Below are positions 37,598-47,544 of a stretch of DNA of 64,000 nucleotides, piece after piece. The stretch comes from Deltaproteobacteria bacterium. GTDB lineage: Bacteria; UBA10199; JACPAL01. Under the pieces are notes generated by a model. It worked only from the letters and a program-made list of their open reading frames with translations. It made no database searches and was not told where the DNA came from. Every line of letters begins with the position of its first letter. Position 1 is the first letter of the stretch. A program made the position numbers and the translations under genes. Location: the NCBI GenBank assembly GCA_016180845.1, contig JACPAK010000001.1, positions 673,707-737,706 of the forward strand. Reading direction: 5' to 3'.

Positions 37598-39004
37598 TCA
37601 GATTCGACCGTAGAGGTCTTCGAAGCGCTCAATATCGTCTTCCCCAACATAGGTCCCAGTCTGAACCTCAATGATTACGAGGGGGGTGGCACCTGGATTT
37701 TCCAGCCGATGTTTATTTCCTTTTGAGATATAGGTGGATTCATTCGTTTCAAGAAGCAGTTCTTTATCTCCGTTGATGACCCTTGCGGTTCCTTCAATAA
37801 CCACCCAATGTTCGGCGCGGTGCCGGTGTTGTTGAAGACTTAATTTTTGCCCCGGACGGACAACGATCTTCTTGACCTTGAAATTTTCCCTTTCCACGAG
37901 GACTGTAAAAGAACCCCAAGGGCGAGTGATCGTCGAGTAACCTTCGGTGAGATTTTTGTTTTGTCCCTTCACCATCTGCTCGACGATTTTCTTGACCTCA
38001 GAGGTTCTGTTGAGAGGACTGATAAAAGTAGCCCCCTCCGTCTGGACAACAGCCATCCCACTGAGTCCAATTGCTGCGAGGCAACCTTCGCGAGAGACAA
38101 AGAGAGAATCATGGCAATCCGAAACAACGACATTTCCCTGAATGAGATTATCGGAGGTGTCTTTATTCGAATGCTCATAAACCGCTTCCCAGCTGCCCAG
38201 GTCGCTCCAGGAGATATCAGCAGGAATAATCGCTCCCTTCTTGGTTTTTTCCATAATGCCATAATCGATAGAGAGGTGTGGGAGAGATCCATAAGAAAGT
38301 TCTCTCTTATGGATCCATTTCTGCATCATTTCGTAAATTTCAGGATGGATACTTTTTAGCTCTTCTTGAAAAGTTTTTGCTGCAAAAGCGAAGATTCCTG
38401 CATTCCAATAGTAATGCCCATTTTTTATAAATGAATGTGCGGTCTCGGAATCCGGTTTTTCAGTGAATGACTGGATACGAAAGGCCTCTGTGCCATTCAG
38501 AGCTTGTCCTGCGCAGATATAACCGTAACCTGTAGCTGGTCCCGTAGGTCTGATGCCAAGAGTCACGAGATACCCATCTCTGGCAATCGAAACTGCCTTC
38601 GAGAGAGAAGAGTGAAGGGCCTCTTCACCTTGGATCAGGTGGTCGGAAGGGAAGACCATGATCAATGCCTCAGGATCTTTTTGATGAAGAAAACCGGTTG
38701 CCCACGCGATAGCAGGAAGTGTGTTGCGGGCCTCAGGTTCAGCAAAAATCTGTTTCGTCAAATCCTGGTGAACCGCTTGTAGTTGTTGATGCACTTCATG
38801 AAGATGATCAAGATGGGTGATCGTTGTGACTTGTTGTGGTGAAATTCTGGACAAAATGCGTCTTGCGGTGATCTGTAACAGACTCTCCTGCTCATTAAAA
38901 CTCAAGAGGTGTTTTGGATAGAGTCTTCTGGAAAGAGGCCAAAGTCTTGTCCCTGAACCTCCTGCCAGGATCACTCCATAAAGATGTTTGTCATGATTTG
39001 GCAT
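37598..39004 (-). CDS. manC: Bifunctional mannose-1-phosphate guanylyltransferase / mannose-6-phosphate isomerase (nucleotidyltransferase plus a C-terminal cupin)
   Basis: LYGVILAGGSGTRLWPLSR is the nucleotidyltransferase signature. The C-terminal cupin motif is also present (ENPGATPLVIIEVQTGTYVGEDDIERFED). Confidence 0.85.
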   Translation of the reverse strand: MPNHDKHLYGVILAGGSGTRLWPLSRRLYPKHLLSFNEQESLLQITARRILSRISPQQVTTITHLDHLHEVHQQLQAVHQDLTKQIFAEPEARNTLPAIAWATGFLHQKDPEALIMVFPSDHLIQGEEALHSSLSKAVSIARDGYLVTLGIRPTGPATGYGYICAGQALNGTEAFRIQSFTEKPDSETAHSFIKNGHYYWNAGIFAFAAKTFQEELKSIHPEIYEMMQKWIHKRELSYGSLPHLSIDYGIMEKTKKGAIIPADISWSDLGSWEAVYEHSNKDTSDNLIQGNVVVSDCHDSLFVSREGCLAAIGLSGMAVVQTEGATFISPLNRTSEVKKIVEQMVKGQNKNLTEGYSTITRPWGSFTVLVERENFKVKKIVVRPGQKLSLQQHRHRAEHWVVIEGTARVINGDKELLLETNESTYISKGNKHRLENPGATPLVIIEVQTGTYVGEDDIERFEDLYGRI

Positions 39005-39977
39005 AGTTTGTCGCCTTCTTCAGAAAGAAAGAACCCGAAAGAGCCTTCAAAAAATAGTTAAAAAAGACAAAGGCAAGGCTCATCGCCAAGAGAAGCTCCG
39101 CAGGAGTGACGAGGCCTTGATCGATGATTTTCCCCTGAATATCATTTTGGAAGAACTCCACAGCAGCTAATTGTGTTGTCCCCAGTCCTCCAGGCGTGAT
39201 GGGTAAAGCTCCAATAAGAATAATGATTGGAAGATACATGATCACTTTAACAAATGGGAGGTGAGCGCCAAAAGAAAAGGCGACAAAATAGAAAATGGTA
39301 TTCACAGCCAGATGCATCGGAAGTCGTGTGATCATCGTAAAAAGATAATCTTTTATATTTGCTTGATGGAAGGCATGAAAAAGTTCCCTTTTTTGAAGCC
39401 ATTGCATGAGTTTCCAGTGGGCTGGAAGTTTCCAAAAGAAATTAAGAGAAATAAGTCCTGCGGTAGCCGCAGACCAGATAATTGAAATAAGATATGAAAG
39501 CTGGTGGCCCTGAACGAGGGGAGAGGCCAAACATGAGCCAATAAATGCGAGTGTAATAGTCCAATAAAGATCGATGATTGTTATAAAAAGGATCAGACTG
39601 GAACTTTTCGAGAATGAGACTTGTTTGGCCCGTTTGAAAAAGTAGGCGAAAACTCCTTGAGCAGCACTGTAATTCAAGACCATGATCAAATAGGTTGCCA
39701 AGCGGACCGGCATCACTTCGCGGACAAGGGTAGAAGATCCAAAACGGCTGAAGAGCCTTGCGAGACTCCAACAATCAACAATCCACATAAAGACAAAATA
39801 GGTGATTGAGTAGGAGATGAAGAGAGAGAAATTGATATGCCTTGCCGCTTGGATGACCTGATCCAGGGGATATTTCTTAAAAAGGTAGTAAAAGGTTGCC
39901 AAGACAATCAGCCACGGCACCGTTTTTTTCAAAAAAGCCATTTTTTTGTTCTTATTTAAATCTGAACCGATTCCCAT
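38991..39977 (-). CDS. Integral membrane protein (UPF0104/flippase-like family). Start uncertain.
   Basis: An ORF with 8 or more hydrophobic helices. The listed start at 40025 overlaps gmhA. ATG 39977 or 39941 are more plausible. Confidence 0.45.
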   Translation of the reverse strand: MGIGSDLNKNKKMAFLKKTVPWLIVLATFYYLFKKYPLDQVIQAARHINFSLFISYSITYFVFMWIVDCWSLARLFSRFGSSTLVREVMPVRLATYLIMVLNYSAAQGVFAYFFKRAKQVSFSKSSSLILFITIIDLYWTITLAFIGSCLASPLVQGHQLSYLISIIWSAATAGLISLNFFWKLPAHWKLMQWLQKRELFHAFHQANIKDYLFTMITRLPMHLAVNTIFYFVAFSFGAHLPFVKVIMYLPIIILIGALPITPGGLGTTQLAAVEFFQNDIQGKIIDQGLVTPAELLLAMSLAFVFFNYFLKALSGSFFLKKATNYAKS

Positions 39978-40555
39978 TTTGTTGCATGAAGGGCGAGGAG
40001 GGGGTGAGAAACAAGAAGGTGCCAAATGACCGCCTGAAACGCCTCCGTGTGAGGCGTGATGTTTTGTTTATTCACGGTCGGAATGATGACAACGGCATCG
40101 GCTACCTGAGCCGTGAAGCCGCCGTCTCGACCGACGATGCCAAAAATTTTGGCCCCTGATTCCTTGGACAATTTAAGGGCGTTGACGATGTTCACGCTGA
40201 TACGTGCCTTTTCATTGCCCCCACCAACAGAGAAAACCAATATTCCATCGCGTGCGCTGATTCGACTGACTTTGAGCCAATTGGCAAACGAGGTTTCCCA
40301 ACCATCGTCATTGATCCTTGCAGTTAACTCGGAAACATTATCGGTTGGTGCGTAAGACTCCAGGCCGACAATTTTTCGGAAATCATTTACCGCATGATTG
40401 GCATGACCGGCTCCTCCTCCCACGCCGAGGACGAAGAGACGCCCACCTCCTTCACGCAGTGAATGGAGGCCTTTTGCAATTTTCTCGATCCCTTCTGGAT
40501 TGAGCTCGTCAATTATAGACTTGGCTTCCAGGAGGTAGGACTGACTATAGTTCAT
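39956..40555 (-). CDS. gmhA: Sedoheptulose-7-phosphate isomerase (SIS-domain phosphoheptose isomerase)
   Basis: GRLFVLGVGGGAGHANHAVNDFRK...ILVFSVGGGN is the SIS-domain GmhA pattern. The start could be 40570 or 40555. Confidence 0.75.
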   Translation of the reverse strand: MNYSQSYLLEAKSIIDELNPEGIEKIAKGLHSLREGGGRLFVLGVGGGAGHANHAVNDFRKIVGLESYAPTDNVSELTARINDDGWETSFANWLKVSRISARDGILVFSVGGGNEKARISVNIVNALKLSKESGAKIFGIVGRDGGFTAQVADAVVIIPTVNKQNITPHTEAFQAVIWHLLVSHPLLALHATKWESVQI

Positions 40556-41582
40556 CTTGGTTCTCCTCAATTGTTATGGGCCGATGTTGCTGGGCCGATT
40601 GATAAAGGGCCTCTATCATTTGCATAGCCCTAACACCGTCTTTGGGAGTTCCCCAAAAAGGCATGTTGTTGTCAATGGCATTGATAAAGTCGTTCCATTC
40701 AAGACTCCATGAAGAATCAGGGCCGTCATAAACTTCTTCGCTCACAGCAGGAACTCCACCCCTCATATTTCTAACATTCTTGATTAATTTTTCTGTTCCA
40801 TAACTCTGCCCCAACCCTTCAATGGTTAGCGATCCCTCCGTTCCGAAGATTTCGAAGGAAAAAAGGTTTTTCCATTGGGTCCAGCTGGTATGGAGGCTTG
40901 CAACCATTCCATTTTTATATCGAAAGAGCCCAAAGGCGTTGTCCTCAAGAGGTTGGATTGGCCAGACAGCCGTTTGGAGAAAGGCAAACGCCTCGTCCGG
41001 CATTCCTGCAAACCATTGCAAGAGATCGACAATATGGACTCCCTGATCCGTGAGTTCTCCTCCTCCTGCGAGTTGTGGATTCCCTCGCCATTCCTTTTCA
41101 TAACCAGGCCTGCCTCCATGTCCATAACGAGCCCTTATGTTGATGATCTTGCCAATAGCTCCTTCCGAAAGAAGATGTTTTGTCTTGGCGATTGCAGGGT
41201 GGTAGCGATGATTGAAACCGATTTTTAATATTTTCCCTGAACTCTTTGCGACAGCCGCCATTTCCTGGGCTTCCTTCAGGTTTCGCCCCATAGGTTTTTC
41301 GACGAGGACATGCTTCCCTGACTTCAGTGCGGCAATGGCGATCTCGGCCAAAAAACCGTTAGGAGTTGAAATTGTGACAGCGTCCACTTCTGGACTTTGG
41401 AGAGTCTCTTTCCAGTCAGTTGAGGATCGACATTCCAACTGATTCGCAAGCGATTCTGATACAGCGTGCTTTTGATCAACAACCGATACAACCCTTGAGC
41501 GTGGGTGTTTCTGAGCTGAATCGGCACGGCGCCTTCCGATCAAGCCGGATCCAATGACCGCAACAGAAATCGGTTTACCCAT
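40545..41582 (-). CDS. Gfo/Idh/MocA-family NAD(P)-dependent oxidoreductase
   Basis: KPISVAVIGSGLIGRRR is the Rossmann motif and EKP is the consensus motif (HVLVEKPM). Confidence 0.8.
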   Translation of the reverse strand: MGKPISVAVIGSGLIGRRRADSAQKHPRSRVVSVVDQKHAVSESLANQLECRSSTDWKETLQSPEVDAVTISTPNGFLAEIAIAALKSGKHVLVEKPMGRNLKEAQEMAAVAKSSGKILKIGFNHRYHPAIAKTKHLLSEGAIGKIINIRARYGHGGRPGYEKEWRGNPQLAGGGELTDQGVHIVDLLQWFAGMPDEAFAFLQTAVWPIQPLEDNAFGLFRYKNGMVASLHTSWTQWKNLFSFEIFGTEGSLTIEGLGQSYGTEKLIKNVRNMRGGVPAVSEEVYDGPDSSWSLEWNDFINAIDNNMPFWGTPKDGVRAMQMIEALYQSAQQHRPITIEENQDEL

Positions 41583-42618
41583 TGTTTTTCTGTGGATGAA
41601 ACGAGAGGGCACGACTGCTGGCAAGACTGGCGACGACTTTGGCCCCTTCGGCCTCTACAGTATAGTGAAGTCGAGGCATGCCATTGGCCTCCATGAATTG
41701 TTCGAGACGCTTCGAGTTTTTGGCGCAATAGAGCATTAAAAAACCGCCTCCACCAGCTCCAATAATCTTGCCTCCGAGCACATGGTGCTCTTTTCGAGCG
41801 GTATCATAGATCTTATCCACTTGATCCACAGTGATTCGGTGGGAGAGACGTTTCTTGCTCTCCCAATGATCATGAAGCATCTCTCCCCACGTATCAAAAT
41901 TTTCACTTTCAATCGCTTCGAGACTCTTAAGGCCAAGTTCTTTGATCCGATGCATGCTATCCAAAACAACCTGCTGGGCTGGTGTCTCGCTGCGCAGGGC
42001 AGTGTCTTGATGCGATAAGACTTCCACCGCATCACGTCGAAGTCCGGTATAATAAATATGTGTTTTGGCAACAAAGTCGGCAATGGCGCCACTACCAAGG
42101 TCGATCGATCGGACCGAAACCTTACCCCCTTCTGAGATATTCAAAACAGTTAATCCGCCGTGGGTCGCCATGTATTGATCCTGTTTTCCGATCCTTTTTT
42201 TCAGGACATTGAGCTCAATATGACAGGCCTCTTCAGCAAGTTCTTCAAGGGAAACGTAGTCACGCCGATAGTGATGAAGTGCTGTGAGAAGACCGATCAG
42301 ATAACAGCTTGACGAGCCAAGACCGGTTCCGGCAGGCAAATCGGCCATCGATGAGATCTCCATTTTTTCATAGATTTTGTGAAAACGGAGCGCCTCGCGT
42401 GCCAATTCATGCTTGAGATCTGAGACATGATCGACGATCTCACTTTGGGAATAGTGCAAGCGGATCTTGTTATCAATGATGGGGGGATTGATGATGACAT
42501 ACATGTACTTATCGATCCCCATGGCAAAAATAAAACCCCCAAATTTTTCGTAATAAGAGGGGAGATCGGTTCCTCCTCCACCTAAAGTTACCCTGAATGG
42601 CGTCCGTGTAACGATCAT
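41575..42618 (-). CDS. hddA: GHMP sugar kinase, D-glycero-alpha-D-manno-heptose-7-phosphate kinase-like
   Basis: MIVTRTPFRVTLGGGGTDLPSYY and PAGTGLGSSS are the GHMP motifs. Confidence 0.7.
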   Translation of the reverse strand: MIVTRTPFRVTLGGGGTDLPSYYEKFGGFIFAMGIDKYMYVIINPPIIDNKIRLHYSQSEIVDHVSDLKHELAREALRFHKIYEKMEISSMADLPAGTGLGSSSCYLIGLLTALHHYRRDYVSLEELAEEACHIELNVLKKRIGKQDQYMATHGGLTVLNISEGGKVSVRSIDLGSGAIADFVAKTHIYYTGLRRDAVEVLSHQDTALRSETPAQQVVLDSMHRIKELGLKSLEAIESENFDTWGEMLHDHWESKKRLSHRITVDQVDKIYDTARKEHHVLGGKIIGAGGGGFLMLYCAKNSKRLEQFMEANGMPRLHYTVEAEGAKVVASLASSRALSFHPQKNNG

Positions 42619-43571
42619 TTTAAGCCACCTTCTTCTTTTGCTAATTGTGGTAATACAAGATCCTGGATATAGGCAATCGATCTTTTTAACCCTTCCTTGA
42701 GGAAGATCTTGGGGGCCCAGCCCAGGGATTTTGCCTCCTGGATGTCCGCGAGGGTTTCCTGAGCCTCTCCGGGCAGGTCGGTCTTGTAAATCGGTTCCAA
42801 ATTTATTTTTAAAATCCCCTCAATCTGTTCAAAAATTTCCTGGATCGAGTAATTCTCGGCGCTACCAACATTGAAGGTTCGATTGTCGGTGTGACTGTTT
42901 TGAAGACAGAGAAGATGGAATTCATTCACATCATCGACATAGACGAAATCGCGACGTTTTTGACCACTTCCATAGATAACAGGCCTTTTTCCCTGAAGGA
43001 GATTGATAATGAAGGCACTCATGACAGGAGGGATAGTTCGTCGATAATCTTGTCTGGGGCCGTAGACATTAAAATAGCGAAGGCCTGTTGTCCTGACACC
43101 AAAAAACCTTTGGTACCCTTCAACGAATTTCATTTCGGCAAACTTACTCAAGGCGTAGAAGCTTTGAGGAGAAACCTCGGACTCGTTGGAGGGAAGTTTC
43201 TGACATCCTTCATAAAGGGCAGATGTCTCCGCGTAGATGACCTTATGTGCTTTTTTTATCCGGGCTGCCTCGAGGACACTCACACTTCCTGTGACATTGA
43301 TGTCTGAGGTTTCGACCGGATTTTCTTGGCAGTCGCTGATACAGTTTTTTGCGGCGAGATGAAAAATAACATCGTCCGGTTCAATAACGTCACGAAGTTT
43401 TGGAGAACGGATGTCCATTTCCAGAAAACGGACTCCGGCAGGGATCTGTTCATGCCGACCATAGGAAAGGTTATCGATGCCGATGACGTTGAAACCTTCT
43501 TCGAGCAAGCGGACCGCCAGATTGCTTCCAATGAAGCCTGCCACACCCGTGATGACAACGCGTCTTTTCAC
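42615..43571 (-). CDS. NAD-dependent sugar epimerase/dehydratase (extended SDR)
   Basis: VVITGVAGFIGSNL is the glycine-rich motif and YALSK is the catalytic YxxxK. Confidence 0.8.
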   Translation of the reverse strand: MKRRVVITGVAGFIGSNLAVRLLEEGFNVIGIDNLSYGRHEQIPAGVRFLEMDIRSPKLRDVIEPDDVIFHLAAKNCISDCQENPVETSDINVTGSVSVLEAARIKKAHKVIYAETSALYEGCQKLPSNESEVSPQSFYALSKFAEMKFVEGYQRFFGVRTTGLRYFNVYGPRQDYRRTIPPVMSAFIINLLQGKRPVIYGSGQKRRDFVYVDDVNEFHLLCLQNSHTDNRTFNVGSAENYSIQEIFEQIEGILKINLEPIYKTDLPGEAQETLADIQEAKSLGWAPKIFLKEGLKRSIAYIQDLVLPQLAKEEGGLK

Positions 43572-44269
43572 AGTGTATATCCGGCCGACTGGGCGTCACG
43601 ATAAAACATTTGGACAGTCTCGAGGGAAAATTGCCCCAAATCCTTTCCAAACGACTTCATAGTTGTCAGGATATCCGGTGTAATCGTGATGATGTGACAA
43701 CCACAGGCCTCCGCTTGCAAAACATTGAATGCCTCGCGGGGGCTGGCCCATAGAATTTCACAGGCAGGATTCCTTTTGGCAACCTTGACAGATTCAGCGA
43801 GAATTGGCATCGGATCAACACCGGCATTGGCAATGCGTCCCCCGAAGATAGAAATAATCGAGGGGACACCCGAAGAGAGGTTGCCTAGGATTTCTGAGAC
43901 CTGTTCGAGAGTAAAAACAGCGGTGACATTAAGCTTTACGTTTTTTTGAGATAATTTCTTTAATACAGGTCCTGTTGAAATTCCTTTTGTGTTGGTGACA
44001 GGGATTTTGACATAGACATTATTGCCCCAAGAGGCAATTTTGAGCGCCTGCCGTTCCATTTCGGGAAGATCATCCGAAAATACCTCAAAAGAAATAGGGA
44101 GGTGAGTAATCGTTGCAAGGACCTCTCGGGCAAAGGCCTCGTAATTTGTAATCCCTGCTTTTTTCATGAGGGTCGGATTAGTTGTAAAACCGGTTATTCT
44201 TTTATCGTTCCGATAAAGGGCCAGCATTTCCTGCAAATTGGCCCCATCAGCGAAGATTTTTATACTCAT
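43568..44269 (-). CDS. Transaldolase-family enzyme (fructose-6-phosphate aldolase / short transaldolase)
   Basis: MSIKIFADGANLQEM...TGFTTNPTLMKK...YVKIPVT matches the short transaldolase/FSA family. Confidence 0.75.
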   Translation of the reverse strand: MSIKIFADGANLQEMLALYRNDKRITGFTTNPTLMKKAGITNYEAFAREVLATITHLPISFEVFSDDLPEMERQALKIASWGNNVYVKIPVTNTKGISTGPVLKKLSQKNVKLNVTAVFTLEQVSEILGNLSSGVPSIISIFGGRIANAGVDPMPILAESVKVAKRNPACEILWASPREAFNVLQAEACGCHIITITPDILTTMKSFGKDLGQFSLETVQMFYRDAQSAGYTL

Positions 44270-44292
44270 AGAAGCCTCCTTCTTACTTATTT

Positions 44293-44901
44293 TTAAGATG
44301 CGCCGCGACCCGAGATGACTGTCGGAATAGTTTTGAGTAAAATTTTAAAGTCTAAAAGAAGCGACCAATTGTCAATATATTCGAGATCCAATTTAGCCCA
44401 ATCGGAAAAATTCGAAATATCATTGCGACCATTGACCTGCCAAAGGCAGGTCATTCCAGGCGTGACGGAAAGTTTCCTTTTTTGCCATTCTTCGAATTGC
44501 GAGAATTCTTCTTGAGAGGGAGGGCGAGGACCGACAAGGCTCATATCTCCCGTCAGGACACTCCAAATTTGTGGGATTTCGTCCAAGCTATATTTTCTGA
44601 GGCACCGGCCCAGCTTTGTCACGCGTGGGTCATCTTTAATTTTGAAAGCGGGACCGTTCATTTCATTATAGGCTAGCAATGATTCCTTCATCTGATCTGC
44701 ATTCACCACCATCGTTCTAAATTTATACCCTGTAAATGGCTTCCCATTTTTACCCAAAACGTTCCAACGGTAAAAAACAGGGCGTCCCGAGGTCATCAGA
44801 ATTAATAGCATGACAAGCAAAAAAAATGGCGACAAGAGAACAAGGAGGCAAAAGGAAGCGACAAGGTCAAACAGCCTCTTAAGAATTCGAGTTGTACTCA
44901 T
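44293..44901 (-). CDS. Undecaprenyl-phosphate sugar-1-phosphate transferase (bacterial sugar transferase / priming glycosyltransferase)
   Basis: [21 protein letters not shown] is the conserved C-terminal motif. An N-terminal transmembrane segment is present. Confidence 0.85.
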   Translation of the reverse strand: MSTTRILKRLFDLVASFCLLVLLSPFFLLVMLLILMTSGRPVFYRWNVLGKNGKPFTGYKFRTMVVNADQMKESLLAYNEMNGPAFKIKDDPRVTKLGRCLRKYSLDEIPQIWSVLTGDMSLVGPRPPSQEEFSQFEEWQKRKLSVTPGMTCLWQVNGRNDISNFSDWAKLDLEYIDNWSLLLDFKILLKTIPTVISGRGAS

Positions 44902-45938
44902 TAGGAAATGACACTTCTTACTGCAGAGGACATTCCTGGTGCAAAACTCGAAGATTTGTGGATCAGGTCCCAGTTTTCCCTAAACCATTGTACTGTCTTT
45001 TCAAGACCAACGTCGAAATTCGTTTTAGGCTCATAGCCCAGTAATTCCCTTGCCTTATCGACGGAGGCCAAAATCCGCTTCTTCGTATCCCATTTGCGTC
45101 GTTCAGCAAAAACGATTTTAGATTTAGATCGTGTTAATTCGATTACCTGACTGGCCAAATCGGCGATTTTGATCTCTCGTCCCGAGGCAAGGTTAAAGGC
45201 CTCCCCGACCGCTTTCTCTAAAGACCCGCAACGTAAAAGACCATCCACAATATCTCCCACAAAAGTGAAATCGCGTGTTTCATCACCTGTCCCCGTGATC
45301 GGGATATCCTTCCCTTGAAGTGCCCAATAAACAAAATTGGGGATCACGTTTCGATATTGACCAGGAACCTCTCCGGGTCCATACGAGTTAAAAAAACGTG
45401 CCCGAACAGTCTCCATCTCGTAATGATTAGAGAAAAAGTTGCAGTATAGCTCACCAAGCATTTTCGTTATCTGATAAGGGCTGCTGAGAGAAAGAGAGGA
45501 AAAGTCTTCCTTGAGTGGAAGGGGAGTGGAGCTTCCATAGATCGAGCAGCCTGAAGAGGCATAGATAAACCTCTTTGCCTTTGTCAGTCGTGCGTATTCA
45601 AGTAGCTTGAGGGTGCCGACACCATTCACATCCAGATCAGATTCGGGATGATCAATGGAGTTTTGATTCGCAAAGAAGGCGGCCAGGTGAAAAATGACCT
45701 CCGGTTCTTCCAAAAAGACCCTCTTCAGTTTCACCTCATCCCGAATATCCCCCTCCACAAAGAGGACGTTAGGAAGTGATGGGATGTTCCAACGGGGGCT
45801 TGCGCAAAGATTATCGAGTATAATAATTTTTTTTGCCTTAAGAGAGGCAAGGGTTTTGCAGAGGTTGCTTCCAATAGCCCCAGCTCCACCAGAGACAAGA
45901 ATCGTCTTGTTCGCAAAATATTTACTATAATCCGACAT
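44901..45938 (-). CDS. NAD-dependent epimerase/dehydratase (extended SDR)
   Basis: ILVSGGAGAIGSNL and YQITK. Confidence 0.8.
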   Translation of the reverse strand: MSDYSKYFANKTILVSGGAGAIGSNLCKTLASLKAKKIIILDNLCASPRWNIPSLPNVLFVEGDIRDEVKLKRVFLEEPEVIFHLAAFFANQNSIDHPESDLDVNGVGTLKLLEYARLTKAKRFIYASSGCSIYGSSTPLPLKEDFSSLSLSSPYQITKMLGELYCNFFSNHYEMETVRARFFNSYGPGEVPGQYRNVIPNFVYWALQGKDIPITGTGDETRDFTFVGDIVDGLLRCGSLEKAVGEAFNLASGREIKIADLASQVIELTRSKSKIVFAERRKWDTKKRILASVDKARELLGYEPKTNFDVGLEKTVQWFRENWDLIHKSSSFAPGMSSAVRSVIS

Positions 45939-46012
45939 AGGACCTCTCTTTCGTGAATTTTTTCAGGGTTGTATCGCTAAAGGGATCTACAGGTCAATAC
46001 TCAATACGGTAG

Positions 46013-46777
46013 TTACAATGGTCTGCCCAGCAAGGCATATTTCTTCCAGAATTCAACAAAGAAGAGTCTTAAAAAGACAAGATTAGTTGTCAGATATCTC
46101 TTCCACATCCGCCTTGGTTCCTGGACCAATCGATAGAACCACTCGAGGCATAGAACAGTCATCCAGTGAGGAGCTTGTTTGCAAAGCCCAGCGACAATGT
46201 CAAAACTGCCTCCGACACCGAGAGAAACCGGGACACCCATTTTATTTAAATTCTCCGCAACAAATTTTTCCTTTTGGGGAGTTGGCATCGCGACAAACAG
46301 GATATCCGGTTTTGTATTCGAGATCTCTTGAACAATCCCGGGCACTTCTTCCTGTTTAAAATAACCATTACGATAACCAATAATCTGGATACCTGGATAT
46401 TTAAGTCGGGTATTCTCAACAGCTTTCTTGACGGCTTCTTCTTTAGCCCCAAAAAAGTAGAACCGGTAACCCTTCTTTGGCCCTTCTTCCAGGAGTTTCA
46501 GAAAGACACGAAAGGCGGCGACATTCTCCTTGCAGGGTTTGCCGAGTATCTGTGAGGCATAGTAGATTGCCATTCCGTCGACCAAAAGCAGGTCGCAACG
46601 GTCGTACACCTCCTTTAGGAAGGGGTTTTTTCGTGCCCAGACGGTGAGGGCGACATTGGGAGTAAAAATCATATGAGGCTTTTTTGAATGAACGAGCTCA
46701 TCTATCTTTTCCAAAGTCTCCTCGAGATTGAGGTTGTCAAATTCCAAACCGAACAATCTATTTTTGCCTTGGTTCAT
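46013..46777 (-). CDS. WecB/TagA/CpsF-family glycosyltransferase
   Basis: A 254-aa protein whose core (LLLVDGMAIYYASQILG...QEKF) is similar to TagA/WecG. Confidence 0.7.
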   Translation of the reverse strand: MNQGKNRLFGLEFDNLNLEETLEKIDELVHSKKPHMIFTPNVALTVWARKNPFLKEVYDRCDLLLVDGMAIYYASQILGKPCKENVAAFRVFLKLLEEGPKKGYRFYFFGAKEEAVKKAVENTRLKYPGIQIIGYRNGYFKQEEVPGIVQEISNTKPDILFVAMPTPQKEKFVAENLNKMGVPVSLGVGGSFDIVAGLCKQAPHWMTVLCLEWFYRLVQEPRRMWKRYLTTNLVFLRLFFVEFWKKYALLGRPL

Positions 46778-47544
46778 TGATTTGATCCCATTAATTTCAA
46801 TCGCTCTGACATCTTCTCTTGAAAAAATTTATTCATACGAAAATATTGTTTTCCGTCGTTTGGGGCCTGGCACAACCTTTCCACTTTGTCATTTTCAATT
46901 TCCTCAACAATCCTGGACAGTTCGTTAGTGACAGTCTGACGACAACGTTCTCGTATCAATGCTAAGGTAAAACATCCATTCAGATCTACGATCTTTCTTG
47001 AAAGGATATCGCCCGTATCGACACCAGGATCCACAGAGTGGATTGTGATGCCAATTGGTTTATTCTTCACGATTGACCATTCAATGGTATCCATCCCTCG
47101 AATCTCGGGCAATAGACCAAAGTGCCCATTAAGAACACCTTTCTCTGATTTCTGCAATATGTAGGGCTTCATAATTTGTGTCCCTGCCAAGATCATCAGC
47201 GAGGGCGATAATTTTTTAAACAAACGTTCTGAGCGACGACTGTTGAGATTTTTAGTAAAATAAACCGGAATTCGCTTTTCCTTGGCAAAATCCTTGAGCA
47301 ATTTTCCTCCATAACCAGGGTCTTCTGTTCCCCCGAGCATTTTCTTCTTGGTAAGGTAAACCTTGAGCAAGTCGTGGAGTCCGTACTTTGCTAAACCCGC
47401 TTTGAAATGATGCCAAAAAGAGCTGTCTCCATAGACGATAAACAGGGTGTGACCTTTTTGGAGAAGTTTCTCGATGAGATGCCTTTTCCAATGTAGACGA
47501 TCAGCTCTTGGGTAGCGGCTGAGGATGGCTATTTTCATAATCAC
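46774..47544 (-). CDS. Formyltransferase-domain protein (putative sugar N-formyltransferase)
   Basis: VLNGHFGLLPEIRGMDTIEWSI matches the formyl-transferase catalytic N/H/D region. Confidence 0.65.
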   Translation of the reverse strand: MIMKIAILSRYPRADRLHWKRHLIEKLLQKGHTLFIVYGDSSFWHHFKAGLAKYGLHDLLKVYLTKKKMLGGTEDPGYGGKLLKDFAKEKRIPVYFTKNLNSRRSERLFKKLSPSLMILAGTQIMKPYILQKSEKGVLNGHFGLLPEIRGMDTIEWSIVKNKPIGITIHSVDPGVDTGDILSRKIVDLNGCFTLALIRERCRQTVTNELSRIVEEIENDKVERLCQAPNDGKQYFRMNKFFQEKMSERLKLMGSNQ

